The position numbers and the translations under genes are program-made. A DNA stretch of 64,000 bases from Adineta vaga (taxonomy: Eukaryota > Animalia > Rotifera). The stretch covers positions 6,758,001-6,822,000 of the forward strand of contig CP075494.1 in NCBI GenBank assembly GCA_021613535.1. Reading direction: 5' to 3'. The notes beneath the pieces are model-generated. The model was not told the DNA's origin, ran no database searches, and saw nothing but the letters and a program-made list of their open reading frames with translations. Position 1 is the stretch's first letter. Every line of letters starts with the position of its first letter. Shown piece by piece: positions 37,440 through 51,998 of this stretch.

Positions 37440-37974
37440 GGAAAAATAACATCTCATTCTTTCGTATTAATGAAATTCTCAATTGAGAAGCAAGTTAAAG
37501 TATTTATAAAACTATACTTTTAATTTTTCGTTAGTATTTCTTGCAAATAAATATTTTATCTTTGAATTTTTTGCAACTACTTACATTGTTATTGACAGAA
37601 AAAAGGAAGAAAGAGTTATCGTATGTGAAAACATCATCCATCATTCGTTCGTTCGTCTGTCTTATATGGCCATCGTATATGCTTTGTTTCGAGCATGCGC
37701 TCACTAATATAAATACACATAATTTCTTTCATCATTTCTACTTATTTTGACTCATAGCCGTTTTGTTAGTATTACCTTCTAAGGCTTCTTCTTATCGTCT
37801 GTTATTTCATCGACAAGGTGTAAGTATGTCCATGATGTTTTTTTCTACATTGTCGACGGTTTTTTTCTCTTAACCTTCTTTTTTTTCTGTTTCGATAAAA
37901 AAAGGAAAGAACAGATTTATATAAAACTTACATGTCTGATGTTTTTCTATTATTCTTCTAGATCATATAAAAAT

Positions 37975-38836
37975 ATGGCAACAACTACTGAAGCAGGTGC
38001 ATCAAATAACTCAGGCAATACTGCTGAGACTACCCCATCAAAAATAATAAAGATTAAATCAAACGATGATCAAATATTTGAAATTGATCAAGGTGTAGTT
38101 GAACAATCATCAACAATTAAAACTTTATCGGACTGTTAGTAAACATTAATTTGCTATATGAAAAACAAAAAAAATTATTTTCTTATTTTGTTTTTCTAGT
38201 AATGGATGTTGGTGAGGTTCCTATTCCTTTACCCAATGTCAAAGCATCCATTCTTGGCCCAGTGAGTACTTCCTTCTAAGCTGTTCTTTTCGAATATCAA
38301 TCGTATTTTAGATTGTTGAGTTTTGTAATCATCATAAAAACGATCAAAAACCAGAACCAATCGATGAAGATGATGATGATGATCCGAATAAAGATATCTA
38401 CGAACCAAAACGGTACATATTTCTTTTGATTAAGGAAAAACAATTATCCAAGGTTATTTTTCAGTTCCGATGATATCACCGAATGGGATCAAAATTTCAT
38501 TAAACAATTTACTGTAAATGAAGGCACTCTTTTCGACATCATTATGGTACGTTCTAAAATGAATCCTGTTTCAAAATGATAATTTGCTTTTTTTTTCAGG
38601 CAGCAAATTATTTAGGCATTAAGACCTTACTTGCTGTTGGTTGCAAAACAATTGCTAATATGGTTCGTGGTAAATCATCAACTGAAGTTCGAGAAATGTT
38701 CAATATTTCTTATGATCCACCCGGTGAAGGTATCAATGCTCCTAATGCTATTGAAGGACAAGCAGGAACAGTACCAACAGCACAAGATGCTAGTGCAACT
38801 GGTCCTTCACCACAACCAGATCCTATGAATCAATAG
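37975..38836 (+). CDS. SKP1: S-phase kinase-associated protein 1 homolog (5 coding exons)
   Basis: [74 protein letters not shown]. Confidence 0.95.
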
Positions 38837-39218
38837 ATTAATGAAATAAAAGACTTAACAGAGACATTTTCTTTTTTCTCCTCGATATATATTTGCGTGT
38901 GTCTATGCTTAATTATTTTTCTTTTTTTTATGTAAACGATTGTTATATTTCGTATTTTCTTAGAAAAAACAAGAAGAACGAAAATATATATTTTATGTTT
39001 GTATATTTCGTCAGATAAATCATTGTCCTTTGTCGATATGTAAGAACTGTAACAGATTTTGAAACAGATTAGAATTTCTCTATATCGTTTTTTGCTTATT
39101 ATCATATTTATAAAAATTATCTGCAAATAAACAAACATGATTTGTCTTGTGTAAAAAAACCCTAATAATTATATTCTTTTAGATTAAGTATTAATTTAAA
39201 TTAATATCTTTAAATAGA

Positions 39219-39966
39219 ATGACGACGACAGCGGCAAGAACAAAAGAGAATGGTTGTGATTTTTCTCTATTTAAAACACCACTTCGTAATCCATTACGAA
39301 CACCAAGTAAGTAACGAACAATAAATCAATATTAACATGACTCATTTGTTTGTTGTGATGAAATATATTGAAACTAGAAATGATGATAAAATCAATTTTC
39401 CCTTTTTCTTTTCGTTTTTAGTACGTAATGGTATGTTATCATCTGCAACATTGAATGATTTAGCTTCATATTCAAATACCAATAAACATTTAAAATTTGT
39501 TAATACAACAAGTATGAATGATTTACAAATGTGTTCAGAATCGGCAACAACACCAATTCGTTTTAATAAAAGCAAAGTTAATACACCAATGTCAATTCAA
39601 CGTCGTCGTGCTCTAGGTTTGGTCAATCATAATAGTAATCATATATCTCGTGTTATATCAAGTGATGATTTTTCTCGAATGAATACATTTAAAGAAATGA
39701 ATATTAAACAAGAAGAATCAACGACAGAAATCCCATCTTCACATTCTGAAGATGATCTTCCACATATGAGCCATTCATATGAAGATACATTCGATGATCT
39801 TATACCAACTGATGAACGTATTGAACGTATGATTATGAATCAAACAAATGGTATTAATATGTTTTCTTATTATGGTGGTTTAGAAAATACAATTCGTTGT
39901 CAATCACCTGTTTGTAATCGTGTTGATGTACCAACTTTACTCGATATAATCGATATTCTTAATTAG
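39219..39966 (+). CDS. Candidate securin (KEN box + D-box disordered protein), 2 exons
   Basis: Exon 39219-39306 joins 39422-39966 in phase 1. KEN at residues 9-11, RRALGLVN D-box, several TP/SP sites, acidic C-terminal half. Confidence 0.6.
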
Positions 39967-40216
39967 ATATGTCTACTATAAATCGTTTTTTTTGTTCATG
40001 TTTACTCAGGGTTTTCTTTCTTTCTTCTCTCTCATTCTCTCATTTATTTTCTCAATTTCGGATAAACAAAATATGTTATGTACAGGTTTTTTTTACTTGG
40101 TTTGTGTATATGTGTCTTCGCTTCAACTTGTTTCTATATATGTGTTTGTGTAGATGTCTTGAAAAGAGAAAAAGAACGAAAACAAAAGGGAATAAATCAT
40201 ATTAATTATCCTTAGA

Positions 40217-41159
40217 TTATTGTTTTGAACGAAGAGTGAACGATATTCGTTTTGAAATAAGACAAGGCTTTAGTTCATTAGTTGTTGAATGAAATGAATT
40301 AGTCCATCGATCAGATGTATAGGATGATGTTCGAGGAGTATTTGAAATATCTGAAAATGTTTGAAATGTTCGACTACGTTGCAATGGATGAAATGGTTCG
40401 TCATTTTTCTTGTTGAATAAAGTTGTTAGAAAAATAGATGAAGATGGTTGTTGTTGATTCGTTAGAGAAAAAAGAGGTAATTGTGGTTGAAAATTTGAAT
40501 AGGATGATTTGATAGATGTTGAACAATGTGCAAGAAGTTTTATATTGGAATTTATTTGATGACTTGCTGAAGGTGCTCGTGAAACATAGGTTGGTGTTTT
40601 CTCATCAAGGAGAGCTGGTAATCGAATTTGACTGGACTTATCTAAAAAGACAAATATTGGTACATTATACGATTAAAAGATATTTTTATTTAAGTATACG
40701 AGTTGTTGAACTGTGATGATCTTTTCTTAGTGAAGAATATTTTTGTACAAATGAACTGATTGGTTTTAAATGGGTAGATTTTGTATCAGTAGTGAGATTA
40801 TTTGTTGAAGTTGATCTTTCTATTATTTTGAAAGTATGAGTTTGTTCATTATAATGTGTTGATATTGTTGGATGAACTGATTCGGAAGATATCTTATCAA
40901 GAGGTTTTGATACAATACTTGGTTGTACAACAGGAACGATAGTTTCAAAAGTATTCATGTGGCGATTTTCATTTGTAAGATATACTTCAGGATTTTTGTC
41001 CACAAATCTTATTTCTGATGTTGCTGTTTGATGGATATTTTCATCGCCATTATTGAGATGAACATTAGGCAACCAAATCTTTAAGGATAATCTTCGTTTC
41101 ATAGTATCATTACATGACCATATTTTTTCATCATACGGTTCATTCAATGAAGTTTCCAT
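40217..41159 (-). CDS. Uncharacterised Ser/Thr-rich protein (2 exons)
   Basis: 41159-40700 splices in phase over a 58-nt GT-AG intron to an open 40641-40217 exon. No recognisable domain. Confidence 0.65.
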
Positions 41160-42846
41160 TGATGTTTTTCAATGTAAATACGACTAGTTTTCATAAACTA
41201 ACGGAAATTAAATGAAGGATCTGATTAGAACAATTTAGAAGTTTAACACACTCAGAAAGTAAAGCATTCCGAATCATACAGTATAACCAAGCACATACTA
41301 TACAACGAGAAAAGTTTAATAATGATTGATTTTTGACCATTAGTGATTAACTGAATCTATAAATATATATTTTTTTAAACTTCCATTGAAGAAAATTGCG
41401 ATGTAAATAAAATATATGAAGCTCTTTTTTGCTTCTATTATATTCACCTGTCATTCAAATATTCAAATAAACCTTCTGTTGTCAATTGAAGAAATCAACA
41501 TAGAGAAATTCTATATGATATTTTTCACCCGAGGCATGTAAATAAAGTTGTTGTACTTTTCATGTCTCTTAATTATTATTCATTTGAAATATTTTCGATA
41601 GTATATGTCAATACAAGACATAGAACTTGTTTATTTTATGCTTATATTCAAAAATAGACTTTTATTTCTATTCGATACGAAACTTCAAGTAGTTTTTAAT
41701 ATAAAAATTTAAACAAAAAATGAAATTGAATTGCTCATTTGAATGACATATTACTTTGGATATATTTAACAACAAAAATCTTGTCAAATTTATATTTGAG
41801 TGTAAAAACGACGATTTTTATACACAAATTGACAATTTTTTTTCTTAAGAATTTTTATTTATTAGTTAAGTAATGTTCACCGGAAATATTCTGCTAAGTG
41901 TTATTGTCAAAAACAAAGACATATGCATATTTCTTATTTGCTAATAAGACAATGTTATATTTTCATTGGTTAGCTTTCTTTTTCTTCAGTCCGGTTTCGC
42001 TTGCTTGAGCAAATGCAACGAGTAGAAAGAAAAAAAAAATTAGAATCCATTCGTTGTGCAGCAAGATATGGTGTCTTAGTACCCAAACTATAAATATGAT
42101 TCATATCACTCGCTAGTACAATCTGAAATGATATAGAAACGATTCAGGTGAGTTAAAAATGAATGTTCTTTTTAAATTCGATGAGTAGAAACCTATGTGA
42201 CACTTAATAATCATGCAGAACCTTATGAATCACATACGACATATGCTTAGGTACGCTTTCAAGCAACACAATTGACGAATAGAAGATTGTTAAAAAGAAA
42301 AAAAGCATCGCAAAATAGAAAAGAAAAAAATGTATTATTGGTTCGTGAATGATGGTATAAATAATACATTAGTGGCAAAGAAAATGTATATATTAGGTTC
42401 TGTATTGCTTCAATAGTACATGCAGAAAAAGAACTTTAACAATAATTTTTTTCTCCTATTTCTATAGTTTCAATGCAATGTCCCTTTTACAAATTTGTCA
42501 TGAAAACATCAGAACGAGTGACGAAAAAAACAAGTTGTTCTTCAAAAATAGCTATTGAGAATAAACAGAATAAAAAAATCATACGATACCTTGGTGAGAG
42601 AAAATTAATAGGTACGTCTATTCAATTTTACATTGATTTAGGATAGAGTTGTTTTAGTAAAGAAATTTCATATTTTACTTTTTCTAACAGATTATTCTTG
42701 AATTACTAAATATATATTTAAATAATCAAAGAATGTTTTATAAGGATTTTCTCTGTACGAATCATAGGCATAAAAACACGAGATTTGTGTTATTATGCGA
42801 TGTAAATTGAAATAAACACTCAATAATTTACATCATATGCCTTCAG

Positions 42847-45007
42847 ATGGAATCATTTACTTATCAACTTGTCTTTTTCTTAATAATCTATATTAAATAT
42901 GGACATACTTATCCAACTGGAGCACCTGCTGGTGTCTGTTCAACAATGACACCTAGTCATGGAGATTCTATATCCACACAACAATGTTCGACAAAGTATG
43001 GTATTCAAGCGGATAAAACTCAATATTATACAAATGAAACCGTTCGTAGTAAGTGCATCATATTCTAGAAACTTTCCGTTGTAATCTCGTTTTGTTTAGT
43101 AATCATAAATGGTACAACAAGTAGTGATACTTTTCGAGGAATCTTATTACTGGCGAAAACACAAACTGGCAATCAAATTATCGGAACTTGGAGAATCGTT
43201 AGTTCAACAATTCAGACACTTGCTTGTGACAATGTCGCAAATTCTGGTATAACTCATAATTCTCGATCTGATAAAACATCAATAGAAGCTATTTGGACTC
43301 CACCAGCAACTATCACTGAGACAACTACATTGATTAGGTAAGCAGATTTTATCGATATTTTCTTGGAAAATTATGCATGCAACAACTGTTTCAGAGCAAC
43401 AATTGTTACTACAAAAGAAGTTTTCTTTGTCAATTGTTTCAGTGTAACATTAACTGCGAGACAAGTATGATTTCGGATTGCTTTATTCTTCTAAAAAATG
43501 ACATGATTTCAATTTTTCTTAGGCCAATCAATCTACAAATGCGACAACTGTAAGTATAGATTTTTTTGTAATTCTTAACATCGAAGTCAACTTATACGTT
43601 TCACAGGTAGCTGCTAATACTACAACTGCTGCTACTACAACTGCTGCTCCGTCAACTACTAGCGTTGGAGTTAATATTAGTTGGACATATGCAACGGGTG
43701 TAACTGCTGTTAAAATGCAAGTCACTAATTTAAACCCATCACAATATTGTGCTTTAGGTCTTTCACTTGATCAAGAAATGGTAAAGGAGATAAATAAATT
43801 GAGTTCTGTTCAATAAAATACTTCGATTTTACATAGGGCGAAGATCATGTATTTGTTTGTAAATACTTACCAACAAATACTGTTGTAATGGAACGTCGTA
43901 TCAATCCATCAGGTAGTTCTCCACCAGTTCTAGCAAGTACAATAACTAATCCAGGTGGCGTATTTAATATAACAACGCAAAAAGTCGAAAATGGTGTCAT
44001 TTTTTGTGAATTTACACTTTCGGGTTTTGGAAATGCCAAACGTCGACGACGTGCAATCTCTTCACTTTCTCAAACAACATCTTATTATCCATTAATAGCC
44101 ATTGGAAACTTAGATAGTTCAGGTAAGATTAATTTATAAAGTTCAATGAAAGAATGTTTCTATATAAATATTCGTAGCTGATCTTACTTATCACACATCC
44201 CGCATACCACTTTCACCCACTGTTCAATTGAATCAAGCAGCAATAATTACTTATAATGCTGATGGAAGTGATGCACCAAAAATTGGCTTAATGAAAGCAC
44301 ATGGAATTATTATGATATTTACTTGGATATTATTTGTTTCAACCGGTGTTCTCATTGCTCGATATTTCAAACCGGTATGGCCCGGAAGAAAAATATGCGG
44401 CAAAGCCGTATGGTTTTCTATTCATCGTGCTTTGATGACTAGTGTAGCAATTTTAACAATCATTGCATTTATTCTTATACTTGTTTTTGAAAAGGGCAAA
44501 TGGATATCTCGAGATGAGACACGTGAATTTGCTCATTCAATTGTTGGTATACTTGTTATTTGTTTCGCAATTATTCAGCCAATCATGGCATTATTTCGTT
44601 GTGCACCTGATGGAGAATATCGTTATATTTTTAATTATGTTCATGCTGCTGTTGGTTCGGCAGCTTTAGTTCTTTCGGTTGTAGCTATATTCATTGCTAT
44701 GTTTTTTACATCATTTAATTTCACTGTCAATAAAGAATGGGTGATTATATTAGTTTGGGCATGTTGGTTACCGGTGATATTTTTCGCATTTCAATTTATT
44801 GAACTTTATTTCAAAAGACAAGAATCAGTTGGAAAAAAAACAGATTCATATGATTTAAGTTATGGAAATGGAATAGCACGAGACAATCCAACAGAAGTCG
44901 AACCTAATCCAACAAAAGATCGTATTAAGATTATTGTTCTTCTTGTTCATATTCTAGTGGCTTTTGTATTATCATTAGCATTAGCTATTGTCATTGGTAA
45001 AACATAA
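42847..45007 (+). CDS. FRRS1: Ferric-chelate reductase 1-like (reeler + DOMON + cytochrome b561)
   Basis: Signal peptide, YPTGAP..C..MTPSH, FRGILL, GITHNS, DOMON ALGLSLDQEMGED, b561 KAHGIIMIFTW, WFSIHR, HSIVG, FNYVH. Confidence 0.92.
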
Positions 45008-46086
45008 AAATAACAATTAATGATATACATATGTTAGTGGAAAGAACGCATTCATATTTATTTACAAATTCTTCTTTTTCGTGAATCATGTATCTTATTT
45101 TAAAACTAAAATAAAAATAATAAACTGCATGAATTCTTTGATAATTACGTGCAATGTTAAAAAGAAAATTACAAACAATATATGAATGATATATACTTTC
45201 GAATTGAAAAGTTTGTTTCCGTTACGGAAATAGTTATTAAATTTAATATTTACTATATGAATGAATATGAATAGTAATCGTTCTGGAAAACTGACATATG
45301 TAGTATAAAAACGTCAAGAACACAAAAATCAAACATTAGTGATGGACTCAAAAGGTTTCTTTATCGATTCAAGTTATTCATAATTAATTAAAAGAAATCA
45401 AAGGTTCATTGAGTTAATTCAATCTATTTTTCTATTAATAGTCATCAACATTGAGTTTAAATAAAACCATTATATTTTTTTTTTTTCTATCGTTTCACTT
45501 TTCTTTTTTAATATTGAAAGAGACTTTTTCTTCGATCTTTATTTATCCTCGGGGAATATGTTCAAGTTCACATTTTGTATCTAGTTACAAATATAAAATA
45601 TATGATGTTGCTGAGCAACATTTCTCTTTTTTTCTTTTTGTAGTTTCCTTGCTATGTCTGTTGTCACAATCAGTTTTAACACCGTCGTTACTCTCGTTTG
45701 ACAGGAAGAAAGAAGGTAATGATCTTTTTTCTTTTATTTATGGTTGCACATCAGAAAAGATTTCGATTGAAAGTTAAATTGTCGTGAGACGAGAAAAAAA
45801 ATCGAGAGAATCGACGTTACTCTCTTCCCTTCATTGCTTAGTAACGAAAAATACCGACATGAAGAATAACAAAATTGAAAAATTAATAGAGGACGATGCT
45901 TAGTAACCACCTATATTTCAAACGATGCTTTCGTTGAATAGCAACCAATTGCAGTCCCCACAACATTTCTACCAACATTGGTAGTATTCTCGACTTTTTT
46001 TTTTATAAAATCATTTTCATTATAAAAGTATTAAACATAAACGGTTTCTTTCAGATAGAACGATATCGTTGTTGAAAGTATAATCA

Positions 46087-48048
46087 ATGTCTACATCTGC
46101 TAATCGGGGACACAATGGATATGGTAATTCATTCCTTGAAAAATATCGAACCGATGGAAATTCACGAGGCGGGTAAGATACTATTATGATAAGAAAGGTG
46201 AAGCAGAGTAGATGCTGATAACATATCGGATTTACACGCACTATCGTATATCTAAACTTTTCAAGGAAAACCAGTGTACATCAATTTTTTTGTGATGTTC
46301 AAATTTAGTAGAAAAGTTTCTATCGTAGTTTTCTTTTCAATTTCTATAGTAGATCGACTTATGATCCAAAGTAAGTCGTAGCATCGCTCATAATCTATTT
46401 GGAAAATTGCTTCTCAGCAAAGTCATTAAATTTTCTCAAAATCTTTAATTTAGTTGTAGTCAATGTAATACATCTAATAGGTGAAACTCGACGAAAAGGC
46501 TGTAGACAAAATCTCGCTTGCTCTTAGAATATTTACTTCGATAGATTTCTTTCTCTTCTTCATGAAATTCTTGAATCGAAAGAATAAAAAAAATCATATT
46601 GATGTTGTTTATTTAGTTCCAATAGCCAACAACGTTCCAATTATGTTTCAACATCGCAACAATGGCAAAGTGGCAATGGTAATGTTGATACAACAACATT
46701 ACGTGCTACAGGAAATGTAATTCATGACGAACGTTTTGGTAATGAAATTCTTGCTCGTGCTGGTCCAAGTCATCAATATCAACGTCCGGAATATCGTACT
46801 CATGAAGGTAGATAATAATATCACATTTCAATCTGTTTCATTTTCAACGAATTTTTTATTTAGTTATTGCACCTGATACTCGTTTGGAAAACTTACATAT
46901 TCAATCTGATAATGATCCAATTCGTGTTGTTAAACCAACAGATCAAAATATTCATTATAAACAACAGGTCAATGTACGCTTTTTGGAACCACCACCAGGT
47001 CCAGAACCAGCACCAATTATCATCAAGGTAAATATCTTCATTCATTCAATCGATTACTCTCATAGAGAACTATTTAGGAACGTCAAGCACCAGCTCCACC
47101 ACTTCAAGCACCATTAGTCATCCGACAACGTCCCCCAACTCCACCAACACCAACACCACTCATCATCCGTAAGAATATATATAAATATATATTCAGAATC
47201 TGAAAAATAACACTCTTTCTTAATCTATTTACTATTAGGTGAACGTCCACCAACACCACCCGTTCAACAACAACCACAAATCATTGAAAAAATTTTACCC
47301 GCACCACCAGCTCCACCTCGTCAGGTTATCGTTGAACGTCTTCCACCTGCACCACCAAAACCTCGTCAAGTAATCTATGAAAAATGGTTACCTTACCAAG
47401 AAACCAAAGAACGACCTGTCATTGTCGAACGAGCACCACCTGCAGAAATGTATGTAAAACATTTGATGCACTTATACCAATATGAATTAATTCTATTCTA
47501 GAATTCGAGCACCAAAAAATTTAATTATTGAATACGAACAACCAAGAGCTCATCATGAACAAGTTATCATTGATGAGGGTGTTTTCCGTGCCGATCCTAA
47601 TTCGCACAATGCAACAAGTACTATTGGGTAAGGAAAATACCAGACATCGTATTTCTCGAAAATCTTTATTTTGATTCTCTTTCAGTGAAGTGCGTATTGT
47701 TGATAAAATCACCGATTTACCCGTGAACTATTCTAAATATTTAAACAACCGTCGTCCTCAAACAGGTCAACAACGAGCATCATCATCATATGGAAATACC
47801 TATGAACAACAGCAACAAGAACCTCAACAACAGTTTAGTCAAACTGAACCGGCACAACAGTATCGTACAACAACTTACAATTATCCAGGTAAATTTTCTT
47901 TTCTATCTATTTATCAACATGAATATGTACAAATATGAATTCTATAGGTGCCTATACAACAACATATCGTTCATCATATACAAATCAAAGTGGTAATCGA
48001 GGTGGTAATAATGGAAGCCAATCAGCAGCTTATTCAAAATATGTTTAA
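46087..48048 (+). CDS. Proline-rich protein with VIVER/IIEK-type repeats, multi-exon
   Basis: In-phase exons from ATG 46087, including an 18/21-nt microexon ending 46370. VRFLEPPPGPEPAPIIIKERQ, PLVIRQRPPTPP, PPRQVIVERLPPAPPKPRQVIYEKWLPY, PKNLIIEYEQP. Confidence 0.85.
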
Positions 48049-48346
48049 AAGACTATTAGTAAACATATTTTCATAGACAAAAGAAAAAAACATTAGAATA
48101 TCCTTTCCATTCGTAATTTTGTTGTATTTATATTCAACAAAAGTAACAATGGATGTGAATGAATTATTTTTTGTCACGTTCTTTTTTCTTCTCTTTTGAA
48201 AATCTTTTGCTTCTTCTCTTGATTCATTTTCAATATAACATTTTTCAACTTAACTTTTATTTTAAATAATAATACAAATGAAAACATCTTCTTCAATGTT
48301 GTTTGCATTCAGGACAGTAAATGTTGATTACATTGTCATCATGCTC

Positions 48347-48850
48347 TTATGCCATGACCGCATTTTTTATACTTCGGTTCAGTTTGCTTGATATGGTAGC
48401 AAAGATTAAAACTAGAATTACTGTTGGTCTTTGAGTACTTTCTTCATTTTGTGCTTTTAAACCATTCGTGTTAGTTGGTTGGCATGAATCAACTTCTGCT
48501 CGAATTATTTTTTCCAAATCAGTGGTTTGTATGTTTACTAACGGTAATTTAACAGTTGAATAATCAAAGGTATCTTTCGTAGCATGATATAAACGTACAG
48601 CTCCTTTAAGATTATATGATACATTGTGTACATCTTGTTCATTCAATGGATGTCGACAGATCGAACCTTTATAAAAACAAAATACAAGAATATTTCACTG
48701 TGAAAACTGATTTCTTACATTCAAGTAAAGGATTGCGACTATATGTATGATCAATACATGTTGAATGTCCACAAACGAATGTTGTTGGACGATGTATTAA
48801 TGAATAATCTTCATAAGACAAATTGCACAACGACTCCAATCGTCAGTCAT
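48347..48850 (-). pseudogene. Frameshifted RING-finger gene
   Basis: MTDDWSRCAIC in one frame; YEDYSLIHRPTTFVCGHSTCIDH...LLE|CSICRHPL continues in another frame after ~48816. One short intron near 48719-48667. Confidence 0.7.
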
Positions 48851-49493
48851 AGCAAACACTACGATGAATCTATGTATTTATATGAAAAGCTAATACGAAA
48901 GGTAGTATCTTTCAATCAGCGAGATACTATTTGCTCTATGACAGTTTTGAATTAGTCATGATATTAAACAGATTATTTTCGCCGTTATAAAACTCATTCA
49001 TTCGTACATTTCTTGATTATAATAATGTACTTAAAGTTCTATCATAACGTACACTAATCACGTACATTCCTATTTTTCCTCCTAGCATCATTGACGATCC
49101 TCGATTATCTATGAAATAAAACAAAAGGAATCTCATCCCTTGAAAAAAAGCATGTACAATGTTTAGGCACATATCTTACTAATAATGACATCTGCTGAAA
49201 GTCGAAGTAATTCAAGGAACTGATTGGTATTATTCATATATCGAATCGTTATAGATGTCAAATTTTTTTATCAAACAGAACAAAATCTTTTTGATATTAA
49301 CTTAATTCTTAACAAATGATCATAATTTTGTACTCAAATCCAACTAAAGGACAAAAACAACATATGTTTATCTTATTCTTTGCAGTTAAAAGGTTGTACT
49401 TTGCTCTTTTAGATATTCTAATAAATACTTGACATACTTACATAGACATGTATATATGTCAAATCTTTTTCGACGCGATTATTTTAGATTATC

Positions 49494-51666
49494 ATGAGTG
49501 AAAAGAATAGCTTGAATTATCTTTTTGTGAAACGTATTGCCCATCTTCTTCATATATTTCTGCCACTTTCTCGTCTTTCATTGAACGATCATAATTATAG
49601 AGAACGACTTTATACACATCCATTGATACTTATTTTCTTTATATTATGCAATGCAATTGGTTTACAATTTGTCATTTATTATGTTGGTTTACTTCCATCC
49701 GAATTTTATGTTCAATTGAGTAAATCACCTGAACAACGAGATTTTCCAGTTTTTCATAGATTAGTTATTCGAGCATTTGGTTTTGTTATATTGAATGCAT
49801 TTCTTAAATCTTTATCAACATTTTTATCATCAATACTTTATGTTAAATGGCGAATGAGACTTGTACTTTATTTACATTCATTCTATTTTACTAAACAACG
49901 TTATTATCATTTATTGAATACAACTCAACAAAATCGAAATGATAATGATCAAGCAGCAATCGTCTATGAAAATTATACAATTCAAACGTAAGACAACATA
50001 ATAATCAGTTATGTTTTCAATCTATTTCGTGTTTTTGTTCTAGTACCGATATTGATAATAATGATAGAGAATCGATTAGTGATAGAGCTCTGGATAGTCC
50101 ACGATCATTGTTAACAACGAAATCATCGATTGATAATCCTGATCAACGTATAACACAAGATGTTGACGTATTATGTCGAGCATTATCTAATATTATACCT
50201 CTTCTTCTCATATCACCATTTACGATTGGTTATTATACATATCGTACTTGGCAAATAACTGGTTACTATGGTCCATTAGCAATTGTGGTTTATTTTGTTA
50301 TTTGGACTGGAATTAATAAAGTTTTTATTTCCGCTGTATCTCGAACGATCTTTCGTCAAAATACATTCGAAGGTACATTTCGTTTTCTTCATACACAAGT
50401 TCGAACATATAATGAATCAATTGCATTTTATAATGGTGGATCATTTGAACTTAAACGATTTAATAATTATTTTCTTCAAATTCTTACACCAATTCTTTAT
50501 CGTCGAAATATTCAAGAATTTCTTCTTAGTTTATCTACAAATTTATTCGATTATATTGGAAGTATCTTAAGTTATCTTCTATTAGCATTAGCTATATTTG
50601 TATTTCATTTCTATGATAATTTATCACCTACTGATTTAGTTAAAACAATTAGTCAAACATCTTTTATTACAATGTATTTAATCTATTGTTTTAGTCAATT
50701 AAATGATTTAACTGATAAAGTAACACTTATTGCAGCAAATACACATCGTGTTCAAACATTTGTTGAATTTATGAAAAATATTGATATTACATGGGCAGAA
50801 AAACAAATCAATCAAAATAATCAACAGAATGAAATTCTTACGATTAAAGATCTTTCGTATTCAATTCCAAATAATCATAAACATATTCTTATGAAAAATC
50901 TCAACTTAACATTATATCAAGGACAATGTTTATTAATAACAGGTATCCATTGAAATCTATCATACAGTTTCGAAGACTTGTAGTCATTTTCGAGAATGTT
51001 CTATAATTGAATATTTAAACGAATATGTATCCTATTTTGTATAAACTCTAGAAATTTCATTGAACTATTTGAAGTAATTATTGTTGTGATATTTTAGGTG
51101 ATAGTGGTGTTGGTAAAACATCTCTCTTTCGTATTCTTCATTCAATATGGCCTGTGAATATTCATGGATCTTTTTCTTATAATTCTGGTCATGCTTTTCT
51201 ACTTCCACAACGTCCATATTTTACAAATCAATCGCTACATGATGAACTTGCTTATCCGAATGTTCAAAATCTTCCAACAATAACACGTCAGACACAAATT
51301 GAACAACTTCTTAGCGAATGGAATCTTCTACATATTCTTGATAGTGTAGAATCCAGTGTCTTTGTTTGTCCAAAATATCCTTGGCAAGATATCTTATCAC
51401 CTGGTGAATTACAACGTCTATCATTTTTACGATTAATTCTTCGTCTTTCATTTGATTCTTCCAATCTTAATCTTGTTTTTCTCGATGAAATTACTTCATC
51501 ACTTGATGTACATATGGAAATGAAAATGTATAATTATTTAATTGAACGTCATTTGACTTTAATCAGTATTGGTCATCGAGAAAGTCTTCGACAATATCAT
51601 CAAATTGAACTGAAACTATCGAAAAATGGCAAATATCTAGTTGAAAAGCTTTCACTGATAAATTAA
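49494..51666 (+). CDS. ABCD4: ABC transporter subfamily D member 4-like half transporter (3 exons)
   Basis: DNPDQRITQDVD, EAA-like EGTFRFLH...ESIAFY, Walker A GDSGVGKT, LPQRPYFT, signature LSPGELQRLSF (ABCD4 type), LDEITS, SIGHR. Confidence 0.9.
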
Positions 51667-51998
51667 ATTGTTTTTCTTCTATCTATTTGAGAATAAAACA
51701 ATTGATTTGAATAAAAATTTTCTTTTTTCTTCGTCTTCATTCTCTCTTACGGTTGGTGCGCAGAGAACAAATTGTATGAAACAATCTAGTCAGTATGAAC
51801 GATAGGTATTTTTTTCTTCCAATGAAGAAATAATGTGTTTGTCACCTTTGCTCTTGTCTCAGTTGCCACGTCCTCATTTTTTTCTTCCTCTTACCTTTAA
51901 TACGAGAAAAGAGAACAACTATACGGTTTGTACATTCATTCAAAACGAAAAAGAAAACGATCATTTTTTAATACAAGGATATATATGATTTTTTTTAG

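Noticed and set aside
18353-39966. Functional cell-cycle cluster (Mps1-like, CDC27, SKP1, securin)
   Set aside because: Interspersed with unrelated genes; chance is sufficient without synteny data.
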